This document shows, one piece after another, positions 10,229 through 18,757 of a DNA stretch of 60,265 nucleotides (position 1 is its first letter; each line of letters begins with the position of its first letter). The DNA is from an uncultured bacterium (GTDB lineage Bacteria > Cyanobacteriota > Vampirovibrionia > Gastranaerophilales > Gastranaerophilaceae): assembly GCA_902797575.1 (NCBI GenBank), contig CADBTL010000007.1:1-60265 (forward strand). The letters run 5' to 3'. The notes under the pieces are model-generated. The model saw only the letters and a list, made by a program, of their open reading frames with translations. It was not told the origin of the DNA and did no database searches. The position numbers were made by a program, and so were the translations under genes.

Positions 10229-11207
10229 AAGATAAAACTTTTTCCCACTCGTAAGCCGTCTTTATACTATATGTTAAATCATTCTTAGGAATCCAATTAA
10301 GAACATCTTTTGCTTTAGAATTATCAGCTACAAGTGTTGCAGGATCTCCGTCTCTTCTCGGACAAATTTCTAACGGAATTGAACATCCTTTTATATTTTC
10401 GCAAGCGGAGAACACTTCTTTAACACTATTACCGTCTTTTGTGCCTAAATTAAAGTAATTTGTTTTTCCACCGTTATTTAAATATTCAAGAGCATTTAAG
10501 TGAGCTTGTGCTAAGTCTTCAATATTTATATAATCTCTGACACAAGTTCCGTCTTGGGTGTCATAATCAGTCCCAAACATTTTAAATGTTTTTTCCGAAG
10601 TAGCTTTTAAAACATTTGGAATAAGATGTGTTTCTGGTTCGTGCCATTCTCCGATTCTTGAAGAGGAATCAGCACCTGCAACATTAAAATATCTTAGTCT
10701 TACTGATTTTAAGCCGTATGCTTTATCATAATCATCCATAATCTTTTCTATCATAAGTTTTGACATCCCATACGGATTAATAGGGTTTTGAGGGTGTTTT
10801 TCATCAATTGGAGTGTAAACCGGTTCTCCGTATGTTGCGGCTGTTGATGAGAAAACAATCTTTTTTACATTGAATTCAAGCATGGCATTTAACAAGTTAA
10901 GCGTTCCGTAAACATTATTATAATAATATTTTTGCGGATTTTTTACGCTTTCTGCAACTTGAGAATATGCGGCAAAATGTGCAACAGCTGTTATATCTTT
11001 ATTAGACATGAAAACTCCGCGAATGTCGTCAAGATGTTTTAAGTTTCCCTTAATAAATTTTAAATTCCCATATTGTTTTAGTGTTTCTATTGTTTCCATA
11101 TGTCCAAGTTCCAGACTATCAAAAACAATTACATCTTCTCCCTTTTCTAAAAGTGCCATTACAAAATGGCTTCCTACGTATCCTGCGCCGCCTGTTACTA
11201 GTATCAT
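10221..11207 (-). CDS. galE: UDP-glucose 4-epimerase
   Basis: VTGGAGYVGSH, FSSTAATYG, YGMSK (YxxxK), LRYFN, DGTCVRDY. Confidence 0.95.
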   Translation of the reverse strand: MILVTGGAGYVGSHFVMALLEKGEDVIVFDSLELGHMETIETLKQYGNLKFIKGNLKHLDDIRGVFMSNKDITAVAHFAAYSQVAESVKNPQKYYYNNVYGTLNLLNAMLEFNVKKIVFSSTAATYGEPVYTPIDEKHPQNPINPYGMSKLMIEKIMDDYDKAYGLKSVRLRYFNVAGADSSSRIGEWHEPETHLIPNVLKATSEKTFKMFGTDYDTQDGTCVRDYINIEDLAQAHLNALEYLNNGGKTNYFNLGTKDGNSVKEVFSACENIKGCSIPLEICPRRDGDPATLVADNSKAKDVLNWIPKNDLTYSIKTAYEWEKVLSSN

Positions 11208-12298
11208 AAAGTCTCCTGTTTACTAATCTTTCCGTTTTCTATATTGTAAATTATAACATCTTTAAGAAATTCTTGTTCAAATAATAATGTATCAACAGAT
11301 GTTATTATTGTTTGTGTATTTTTATCAATAGATTTAAGAAGGTAATTTTGTCTTCTGTCATCAAGCTCTGCAAGAACATCATCCAGAAGTAATATTGGAT
11401 AAAAACCGGTTTTGTCTTTAATAATTTCAAGTTCCGATAACTTTAAAGAGAGTACTAAAGTTCTCTGCTGTCCTTGAGATGCAAATTTCGTAGCATCGGC
11501 TCCGTTAATTTTGAATATAATATCATCTCTGTGCGGACCTACGCATGATTGTTTTCTTGCGAATTCTTCCTTTTTTCTCTCTCTAAGTTCCAGTTTTAAG
11601 TATTCTGAGATATCTTCTATGTTATCTTTAGGACAAGTATAACTTAGAGTAAACTTTTCGGATTCACTAATTGTATTATGCTTAACCGATGCAATTTGCT
11701 CTATTTCTTTTAAAAATTTTTTTCTGAGAAATATAATGTTAGCTCCTGTTATTACAAGCTGCTCATTATAAATATCATAAAGCGCTTTATCTATTACTTC
11801 ACTTTTTAAAAGATTATTTTTCTGAATTCGAATTTTATCATATTTAGATAATCTTTCATCGTATGCCGGATATATCTGTGATATAGCTCTATCAAGCCAA
11901 TTTCTTCTATCTTCCGGACTTCCTCTTAATAAAAGCATGTCTTTTGTAGAAAATAAAACGGTTTTAGCTACTAATTTAAAATTTTTTGGTGTAGTTTTTA
12001 CTTTGTTTATTTTTAATTCACGCTTTTTATCAGAAGTATACAGATAATCTAATTCAATATCTGTATTATTTTTTTCAATGTTGGCATTTATTTCAAACTG
12101 TGACTTTTCGAATTGTATTAAGTCCGATATTGTTGCTGTTCTTGGACTTTTTAAGTCAGACAAGAAAAAAATACTCTCTAAAATATTTGTTTTACCTTGC
12201 GCATTTTTTCCTATGATCAAAGTTTTAGCGGATGGGAAAACTAACTCAATATCGGTGCAATTTCTGTAATTTTTAAGCCCTAACCTCTTAATCTTCAT
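11204..12298 (-). CDS. recF: DNA replication/repair protein RecF
   Basis: GKNAQGKTNILE, G.P..RR..LD, GPHRDD, SQGQQR, LLLDDVLAELD. Confidence 0.96.
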   Translation of the reverse strand: MKIKRLGLKNYRNCTDIELVFPSAKTLIIGKNAQGKTNILESIFFLSDLKSPRTATISDLIQFEKSQFEINANIEKNNTDIELDYLYTSDKKRELKINKVKTTPKNFKLVAKTVLFSTKDMLLLRGSPEDRRNWLDRAISQIYPAYDERLSKYDKIRIQKNNLLKSEVIDKALYDIYNEQLVITGANIIFLRKKFLKEIEQIASVKHNTISESEKFTLSYTCPKDNIEDISEYLKLELRERKKEEFARKQSCVGPHRDDIIFKINGADATKFASQGQQRTLVLSLKLSELEIIKDKTGFYPILLLDDVLAELDDRRQNYLLKSIDKNTQTIITSVDTLLFEQEFLKDVIIYNIENGKISKQETL

Positions 12299-12350
12299 AC
12301 TAAGAATTATAGCATGAAGATTATAGATTCTATTTAAATGATAAAACAGA

Positions 12351-12677
12351 TTATTGGAGTTTTATTTTTTTCCAATTAACATCATTTATAAATTGATTCA
12401 TTACACTACCATATGGCTGTTGTACAGTATGACTTTCAGGAGGTTGTACCTGTGTTTCTCTTTTGTTTTTTTCTCCAATTGGTTCATTAGGGTGAGTTTT
12501 ATTATATTCTTCTACCTTTTTTTGTTTTTCTGTATCAGAAAGCTGCATAAATTCCTGAACACTATGTACGATACCGGCATTAACAAGTTTTCTGGCAACA
12601 TCTAATTCTTTTTGATCAATACGTAAATTAGGATTGTGTTGTGCACCATTAATACCATTTATTCTGTCAATGCTCAT
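12351..12677 (-). CDS. Small hypothetical protein under a sigma28-type promoter
   Basis: AGGAG SD before MSIDRING; perfect sigma28 promoter upstream. Confidence 0.75.
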   Translation of the reverse strand: MSIDRINGINGAQHNPNLRIDQKELDVARKLVNAGIVHSVQEFMQLSDTEKQKKVEEYNKTHPNEPIGEKNKRETQVQPPESHTVQQPYGSVMNQFINDVNWKKIKLQ

Positions 12678-12716
12678 ATTATCTCCTTTTAAGTCTCGTC
12701 CACTCTGGTAATATAT

Positions 12717-12743
12717 ATATCGGCATAAATTCAAAAAACTTTA
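12717..12743 (-). promoter_or_regulatory. Sigma28 (FliA/SigD) promoter
   Basis: TAAA(12743-12740)-N15-GCCGATAT(12724-12717), an exact consensus match. Confidence 0.8.
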
Positions 12744-12846
12744 ATGTTTTTAAGAAAATTGTTACATTTCTTAATCTTTAAGATTCCATGTGTTCAAAAA
12801 ACTGTTAAAATTTTTATTAACATTTGTAACAAAAAATCTGATGTAT

Positions 12847-12880
12847 GAAATTAAGCTCTCAAAAATTTCTTTATATATAT
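12847..12880 (+). promoter_or_regulatory. Recurrent putative promoter motif GAAA-N22-ATATATAT
   Basis: Same spacing as the copies at 43067, 52444 and 58071. Confidence 0.5.
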
Positions 12881-12960
12881 AAGAGAGTTTAAATCAGACA
12901 TTAACAAAGTTAGAAAAAGAGAAGAAATGAGAACAAAGCTTCCCGCAAGGGGAGCTTTCT
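12881..12960 (+). ncRNA. Candidate small purine-rich RNA
   Basis: Bounded by the recurrent promoter motif and a GCAA-tetraloop hairpin; no credible ORF. Confidence 0.3.
12935..12960. terminator. Intrinsic terminator (aroQ; potentially bidirectional)
   Basis: AAAGCTTCCC-GCAA-GGGGAGCTTT hairpin. Confidence 0.75.
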
Positions 12961-12975
12961 ACTGAAAAAGAATAT

Positions 12976-13416
12976 TTACTGATTTTTTTTCAGCAAGTTA
13001 GCCAAACCTTCAAGACCAAGTATGTAACTTTGTTCTTTGAAACCTACAACTTGTGCAACACACACACCGGATAGTAATGATGTGTGGCGGAATTCTTCTC
13101 TTGCATGAATATTTGTCATATGTATTTCAACCGTCGGAATTTGAACTGCGGATATAGCATCTCTAATCACGACGCTTGTGTGAGTATAACCTCCGGCATT
13201 GATTAATATGCCGTCATAAATTCCTTTTGCGGCTTGTATTTTGTCAACAATCTCTCCTTCGTGATTAGATTGCCAAGAGTCTACTTCTATATCAAGTTCT
13301 TTCCCACGTTCAATAACAGATTTTTCTATATCTTGTAATGATACATTTCCATATTTTTCAGGTTCTCTAATCCCTAACATATTTAGATTTGCACCGTTGA
13401 TTAATAAAAATTTCAT
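12976..13416 (-). CDS. aroQ: Type II 3-dehydroquinate dehydratase
   Basis: NGANLNMLG.REPE.YG, QSNHEG, N.G.YTHTS, EIHMTNIHAREEFRH. Confidence 0.96.
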   Translation of the reverse strand: MKFLLINGANLNMLGIREPEKYGNVSLQDIEKSVIERGKELDIEVDSWQSNHEGEIVDKIQAAKGIYDGILINAGGYTHTSVVIRDAISAVQIPTVEIHMTNIHAREEFRHTSLLSGVCVAQVVGFKEQSYILGLEGLANLLKKNQ

Positions 13417-13540
13417 ATTCTCTCCCAGCTTTGTTGCAGTTTATATAATTCTTTGCTTAAGTAGTATTTATACCTATTTACTCGAAATATTTACATTTAC
13501 CCCATTTATTATACAATAGAAACAGAATGAGAGGAATATT

Positions 13541-13867
13541 ATGATTAACAAACGCTGGTATGATTCAGACCCTATTTTAAAAGAAGCATTAGAACTGTTA
13601 AGATTGTCTACTGATGATACAAAAAGTGAGGCGGCTAATTTTATGCTAAAGCTTCAAGAACAAGTTGCAAGTGAAGTTATTGAACACGTGTATGATATTA
13701 TTAATACATATCAAGGGAAGGGTAATCGTTGGTACGATAATGATCCAATGATGTTGAAAGGTGTAGAATTATTAAGAAATGCCCCTGCAAGTATTCAAAG
13801 AGTTGCAGCATTAAAACTTTTGATTGCGCTCGAACAGAAATCTTTTGAAGGAGTTGAACTATCATAA
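13541..13867 (+). CDS. Hypothetical protein with duplicated RWYD.DP motif
   Basis: GAGG SD, coupled to folE2, two internal repeats. Confidence 0.75.
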   Translation: MINKRWYDSDPILKEALELLRLSTDDTKSEAANFMLKLQEQVASEVIEHVYDIINTYQGKGNRWYDNDPMMLKGVELLRNAPASIQRVAALKLLIALEQKSFEGVELS

Positions 13868-14658
13868 TGAAGGATGTTCAAAGTCAACAAGATACAAGAG
13901 GTATAGATATACAAAAAGTAGGTGTAAAAGGTGTTGAATTCCCGCTCACTATACAGCGCAAAGATGATGAAGATATTACAATCTACTCAATTGCAACAGT
14001 AGGTGTGTCGTTACCTGCACACTATAAAGGTACTCATATGTCTCGTTTTGTTGAAGTTTTGAATGAATGGAGAACAAGACATCTTCTAGGAATGGATGTT
14101 AAAGGTTGTATTGAAGCTATAGTAAAGAAATTAAATGCAAAAAGCGGATATTTAAAATTTGATTTTAAATATTTTATAAATAAACAATCCCCTGTTACTC
14201 AAATATCTGCACCTATGTGTTATGATTGTTCTTTTGAAGGGGTTTTGGATAACTATAATGAAGAGGATGAAGAATACAAGTTCTATTTAGGAGTAAAAGT
14301 CCCTGTTACAACTTTATGCCCTTGTTCAAAAGAAATCTCGGATTACGGTGCTCACAACCAAAGAGCTTTAGTTTCTGTCAAAATAACTTATCCGGAAGAT
14401 GAACATATATGGCTTGAAGATTTAATAAAGGGAATTGAAAAATGTGCTTCATCAGAGCTTTATCCAATATTAAAGCGTGAAGATGAAAAGTATGTGACAG
14501 AGCATGCATATGAAAATCCCAAATTTGTAGAAGATGTTTTGAGAGATGTTGTATTACTTTTAAGAGAAAATGCTGTCATTGATTCTTTCGAAGTGGAATG
14601 TGAATCGTTAGAAAGTATACACAATCATTCTGCATGGGCATATCAACAAGAGGGATAG
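13867..14658 (+). CDS. folE2: GTP cyclohydrolase IB (FolE2)
   Basis: KGTHMSRF, TTLCPCSKEIS.YGAHNQR, LKREDEK.VTE.AYENPKFVED, ESIHNHSA. Confidence 0.96.
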   Translation: MKDVQSQQDTRGIDIQKVGVKGVEFPLTIQRKDDEDITIYSIATVGVSLPAHYKGTHMSRFVEVLNEWRTRHLLGMDVKGCIEAIVKKLNAKSGYLKFDFKYFINKQSPVTQISAPMCYDCSFEGVLDNYNEEDEEYKFYLGVKVPVTTLCPCSKEISDYGAHNQRALVSVKITYPEDEHIWLEDLIKGIEKCASSELYPILKREDEKYVTEHAYENPKFVEDVLRDVVLLLRENAVIDSFEVECESLESIHNHSAWAYQQEG

Positions 14659-14728
14659 GTTTATATCAGCCTTGAGTTTTGGTTTTAAGTTTAGTAAAAA
14701 TTAAGTGTTCGTGCTGTTAAATTTTGAT

Positions 14729-15676
14729 TCAGCGAAGTTTATATAATTGGTATCTTCCTGTTTCTACATTATAGCAATCCATATATTCTAAACTGTTACA
14801 TCTGTAATTTCTTGTGAATTCTTTTACATATTTAAGAATTTGGAAATTATCATAACCTTCAAGTAACAAATTTTTTACTTTTTCTAATAAAAGATTAGAG
14901 AGTTCTTTATCTTTAATATTTATTTTTTTCATTATTTCAAAAACAATCGGATCTATATAATTAGAATCTTGATTTGATTTGTTATTATATAGATAAATAG
15001 ATAATTTAAGTAAATTTTTATCTAAAACTTTTTCATTGAGTCTTTTTTCTTTAACTAAAGATGTTTTTTTAAGCACATCCATAACTTGTTCTGAAATAAG
15101 TCTATCCAATTTTTTTTGTATCAATTCTCTCTGTTTTTGTTTTTTTGCAAGCGAATCTTTTTTTAAATTTTCTCTGTATTTTTGGATTTTTATTACATTT
15201 TCGGTTATATCGTATTTATTATCAAAAGGTTTTTTGACGGCATCCGGCATGTCTTTATAACCAAAATCAGTGTCAGTTATTCTATAACCGGCATAATTTT
15301 CGTTAAATCTGTTATTTGATGATTTATGCGGGACTTTTATATCATCATTATCATATTGCCGGTATTCCAAATCTGTTTCATTGTCTAAATTAGGATTAAA
15401 CAGCTCTCTGTCTCTGAATGCTTTAGAATTAGCAAGTCCTAAATCAATATGGTAATTGTAATCAAATTCTTTTTCAGCTAGTTCATTATTAATTTCTGTT
15501 TCATAATTTATATCTTCTCGTATAGAATCAAAATCGAGTTCATTGTTATTTCTTATAAATTCATCACTTGCGATAATAGCAGCAGCCGCTGGTACTACTA
15601 TTTTTACACCGTTCCTTATAAATTTTTGTCTTGATGAATTGAAATTTATATTTAAACCATTTATTGTTATATTCAT
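14729..15676 (-). CDS. Hypothetical protein
   Basis: Long ORF; GGAG SD before MNITING; no family recognised. Confidence 0.65.
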   Translation of the reverse strand: MNITINGLNINFNSSRQKFIRNGVKIVVPAAAAIIASDEFIRNNNELDFDSIREDINYETEINNELAEKEFDYNYHIDLGLANSKAFRDRELFNPNLDNETDLEYRQYDNDDIKVPHKSSNNRFNENYAGYRITDTDFGYKDMPDAVKKPFDNKYDITENVIKIQKYRENLKKDSLAKKQKQRELIQKKLDRLISEQVMDVLKKTSLVKEKRLNEKVLDKNLLKLSIYLYNNKSNQDSNYIDPIVFEIMKKINIKDKELSNLLLEKVKNLLLEGYDNFQILKYVKEFTRNYRCNSLEYMDCYNVETGRYQLYKLR

Positions 15677-15726
15677 TTTAATCTCCACTATTTTATAAAA
15701 AATGAAAAAAAATTTTTTTGCTAGTA

Positions 15727-16989
15727 TTAAAGATTGTTATTTTTATCTATTTTAAATTTTATAGGATTATTCGGACCAAATTGTTTTTCAAAAAATGCAG
15801 TTGTAGTTTTTACAAAGTCTTCCGTTACATCAGATGATATAACATTTATTGTGTAGTTTTTTTTCTTGTTACTGTCATCTTTTAAATATTCAATAACTTT
15901 CTGTTTGATTTTATTCCCCCAAATACCGGCCATGTCTTTATCTTGTTTTTTCATTTGCGGTATAACAATTTTGCTCAAGTAAATCAGTTTAGGAGAATAA
16001 CTCATTAATATAGGACTTTGTAATATTTTTTGCATAATTTCTTTGTCGTTAAGTTCTCTGTTTTCATTTTTATAAGCAAATTCAAGAGCTTTGATACTTT
16101 TACTCATTGTTTCAGGATTCCTGTAAAAATATGCCGGCATTTTCAGGCATACATTTATATAATCTGACGTTTTTAATCCTTTATCTTGGAATTCAGCTAC
16201 AAGATTATTTATATTTTGTTCTATTTTATTAGGTGATATATAAAAAAGAGGAGGTTGCTTTATGCAGGCGGATATATATCCTTCGGTAGTAAGTCCTTCT
16301 TTTTCAAATAATTTTACTACGTTTCTAATATTTTTTTCAATCGCATTAGGTTTTCTGCAAAATAAGCATGGATATTGTACACAAGCTTTCAGGTATTTTT
16401 TTAATGAAAGACCTTCTTTTTCAAAAATAGTGACAACTCCTCTAATATTTTGTTCGATTGTTTTTGGTGCTTGATAAAATAATGTCGGTTGTTTTAAACA
16501 TGCTTGCAGATATTCTTTTGTAAGCAGCTCTTCATCTTTAAATAGTTCAACTAAATTTCGTACATTTTTTTCAAGGGTATCAGGAGTTTGTGTTAATAAT
16601 TGAGGAAATTTAAAACATGCTTGCATATAATCTTCTTTTTTTAATTGTTCATTTTTAAATTTATCTGTAAATTTTGCGATTCTATCATCAATGGTTTCTG
16701 ATTTTATATATAACAATTTCCCTTTTACCGCCATCGGGAGATAGTTTTCAATTGTAAGACCGTCATTTTTGTGCTTTTCAACAGTAGGAATAATGCAATT
16801 TTGTATCGCATCTGAAAGTGTTTTTACAAAGTTCATCCATTCTTTTGTTTTTTTAGGTTTTGAATCGAGAAATTTAATAATATTAGATTCCGCTTTGCCA
16901 GAATATCCGTAAAAATTGCAACTTGAATTATTTTTGGATAATTTAGAATAATTTATTGACGGTATGTTAGTTGTATTATAGATAATCAT
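15727..16989 (-). CDS. Helical repeat protein with 39-aa mTERF-like repeats
   Basis: Five tandem 39-aa units, consensus F..eGL....Y..AC.k.P.Lf...P..ieqNi..vv.. Confidence 0.7.
   Translation of the reverse strand: MIIYNTTNIPSINYSKLSKNNSSCNFYGYSGKAESNIIKFLDSKPKKTKEWMNFVKTLSDAIQNCIIPTVEKHKNDGLTIENYLPMAVKGKLLYIKSETIDDRIAKFTDKFKNEQLKKEDYMQACFKFPQLLTQTPDTLEKNVRNLVELFKDEELLTKEYLQACLKQPTLFYQAPKTIEQNIRGVVTIFEKEGLSLKKYLKACVQYPCLFCRKPNAIEKNIRNVVKLFEKEGLTTEGYISACIKQPPLFYISPNKIEQNINNLVAEFQDKGLKTSDYINVCLKMPAYFYRNPETMSKSIKALEFAYKNENRELNDKEIMQKILQSPILMSYSPKLIYLSKIVIPQMKKQDKDMAGIWGNKIKQKVIEYLKDDSNKKKNYTINVISSDVTEDFVKTTTAFFEKQFGPNNPIKFKIDKNNNL
16075..16659 (-). repeat. Five degenerate 117-bp coding tandem repeats
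   Basis: aa 111-305 of the 15727-16989 ORF align without gaps at a 39-aa period. Confidence 0.85.
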
Positions 16990-17056
16990 ACTTATTATAA
17001 AGTACGTAAAAAATTAATTTGCTATAAAAATATTGAATGCTCAAATGTTTTCTAAA

Positions 17057-18208
17057 TTATAAATTATTGTTAATAATACTTGAAGCTGCGACATATGCTG
17101 TAGACCAAGCATTTTGTAAATTGAACCCTCCGCAAAAGCCGTCTATATTTAAAGCTTCTCCTATTATGTACAAGTTTGGATAAATTTTTGATTCCATTGT
17201 TTTTGAATTTATTTCATCTAAGTCGTATCCGCCTGATGTAACAGTTTCTTCTCCTTTATCAGTGCCGAAGATTTCTACTTCAAAATTATGAATTTTATTT
17301 GATATTAAATTTCTAATTTGTCCGTTTATTTCATAACCTTTTTTATTGGAGTGTTCTGCCGATATATATTCTGCAAAGCGATGCGGAAAAAATTTACTTA
17401 AAATATTTTTTAATTCTTTTTTTGAGTTTTCATTTAATAATTGCTGCAAATCCGGCATGGCAGGATATAAATCAAAAATTAATTTATATGGCATACTATC
17501 TCTCGCTTTTATTGAAGAAATTCTGTAAATAAGCGGTCCGGAAAGTCCAAAGTGAGTAAACAAAACATCGTCTTTAATATTGCAATCATATGAATATACA
17601 TTTTTTATTACGATACCGCTTAAATTAGTTATGTTTGCTTTTAATCCTACAAGAGATGGCAAAGGTGTTATTATATTGTGATTTATTCCGTTAATATGTT
17701 TAGCTTTCATTCCGCCGCCATTGGATATAACTACAAAAGGGAAATAATATTCAGACTTGTCTGTTTTTAAAGCAAAACCGCTATCTATTTTGTTCAAAGA
17801 ATTTACGCATTCTTTTGAAAAATTAATACCTTTTATTTTATCTAGAATTTTATTTCGGACTTCACGAGAATCGTTGGATTTTGGGAAAATTCTTCCGTTA
17901 TCCTGAACGTAAGTTTCTATTCCGAGTTCTTCAAAAAGAGCTAATGTATCATAAGTAGAAAACTTTGAAAAAACAGAGTACAAAAATTTTTCACCTCTGG
18001 GGTAATTTGCTGCAAGTTCTCTATTGTCAAACTCTGCATGAGCAAGGTTGCATCGTCCTCCTCCGGTGGGAAGTATAGTTCTGAGCGGAGAACCGTAGTC
18101 AAAAAGAGTAACTTCATGTCCTGCTTTTAAAAGATAATATGCACAAACACATCCAGCAGCTCCGGCACCTACAATTCCAATTGACTTTTTAACCATGCCG
18201 GATTCCAT
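17057..18208 (-). CDS. HI0933/BaiN-family FAD-dependent oxidoreductase
   Basis: GAGAAG, TGGGRCN, GRIFP, LFTHFGLSGP, TMESK, GE..NIDG.CGGFNLQ.AW. Confidence 0.9.
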   Translation of the reverse strand: MESGMVKKSIGIVGAGAAGCVCAYYLLKAGHEVTLFDYGSPLRTILPTGGGRCNLAHAEFDNRELAANYPRGEKFLYSVFSKFSTYDTLALFEELGIETYVQDNGRIFPKSNDSREVRNKILDKIKGINFSKECVNSLNKIDSGFALKTDKSEYYFPFVVISNGGGMKAKHINGINHNIITPLPSLVGLKANITNLSGIVIKNVYSYDCNIKDDVLFTHFGLSGPLIYRISSIKARDSMPYKLIFDLYPAMPDLQQLLNENSKKELKNILSKFFPHRFAEYISAEHSNKKGYEINGQIRNLISNKIHNFEVEIFGTDKGEETVTSGGYDLDEINSKTMESKIYPNLYIIGEALNIDGFCGGFNLQNAWSTAYVAASSIINNNL

Positions 18209-18210
18209 TA

Positions 18211-18711
18211 TTATATTCTTGTCCCATATAAAAATACTTGCTCCGGATTTTCCAGTTCATCATATAACTCTGAAACCGTTTTTTTGAATAACGGATGAAC
18301 AAAGTCTTGCGCAATTTCCAACATTGGAACCAACATACAAGCTCTTTTATGAAAAAATTTATGCGGGATTGTTAAATCTTTTGTATTCACTATTTTATCT
18401 TCGTAGAAAAGTATATCTATATCGATAGTTCTATCTGTGTACTGTCTTTTTCCGCTGCGTTCTCTGCCGAGCTGCGCTTCGATTCTTTGAATGACTATTA
18501 ATAATTCTTCAGGCGATAATGTTGTTGATATTTGCACAATTGCATTGACGAACCAATTAGCTGAATCCATTTGCCAAGGTTCTGTTTCATAAAAAGATGA
18601 TGCAGTAACAATTTGGATATCTTTTGTTGTGCCGATAATACTTGCGGCTTGCTGAACATATCCAAGTCTGTCACCTAAATTTGATCCTAACGATAGATAT
18701 ACAATTGCCAT
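18211..18711 (-). CDS. folK: 6-hydroxymethyl-7,8-dihydropterin pyrophosphokinase
   Basis: YLSLGSNLGDR, RTIDIDIL, LTIPH. Confidence 0.96.
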   Translation of the reverse strand: MAIVYLSLGSNLGDRLGYVQQAASIIGTTKDIQIVTASSFYETEPWQMDSANWFVNAIVQISTTLSPEELLIVIQRIEAQLGRERSGKRQYTDRTIDIDILFYEDKIVNTKDLTIPHKFFHKRACMLVPMLEIAQDFVHPLFKKTVSELYDELENPEQVFLYGTRI

Positions 18712-18757
18712 ATTATAATTCTACATTTGTTTATTAAATTTTGTCAATAAAATAAGA

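Noticed and set aside
11204-12298. Replication origin near recF or rnpA
   Set aside because: No dnaA, dnaN, gyrB or rpmH and no DnaA-box cluster noticed; these genes are simply dispersed.
15610-15640. Tat-like signal SRQKFIR followed by VVPAAAAIIA
   Set aside because: Lacks the twin arginine and the hydrophobic stretch is short.
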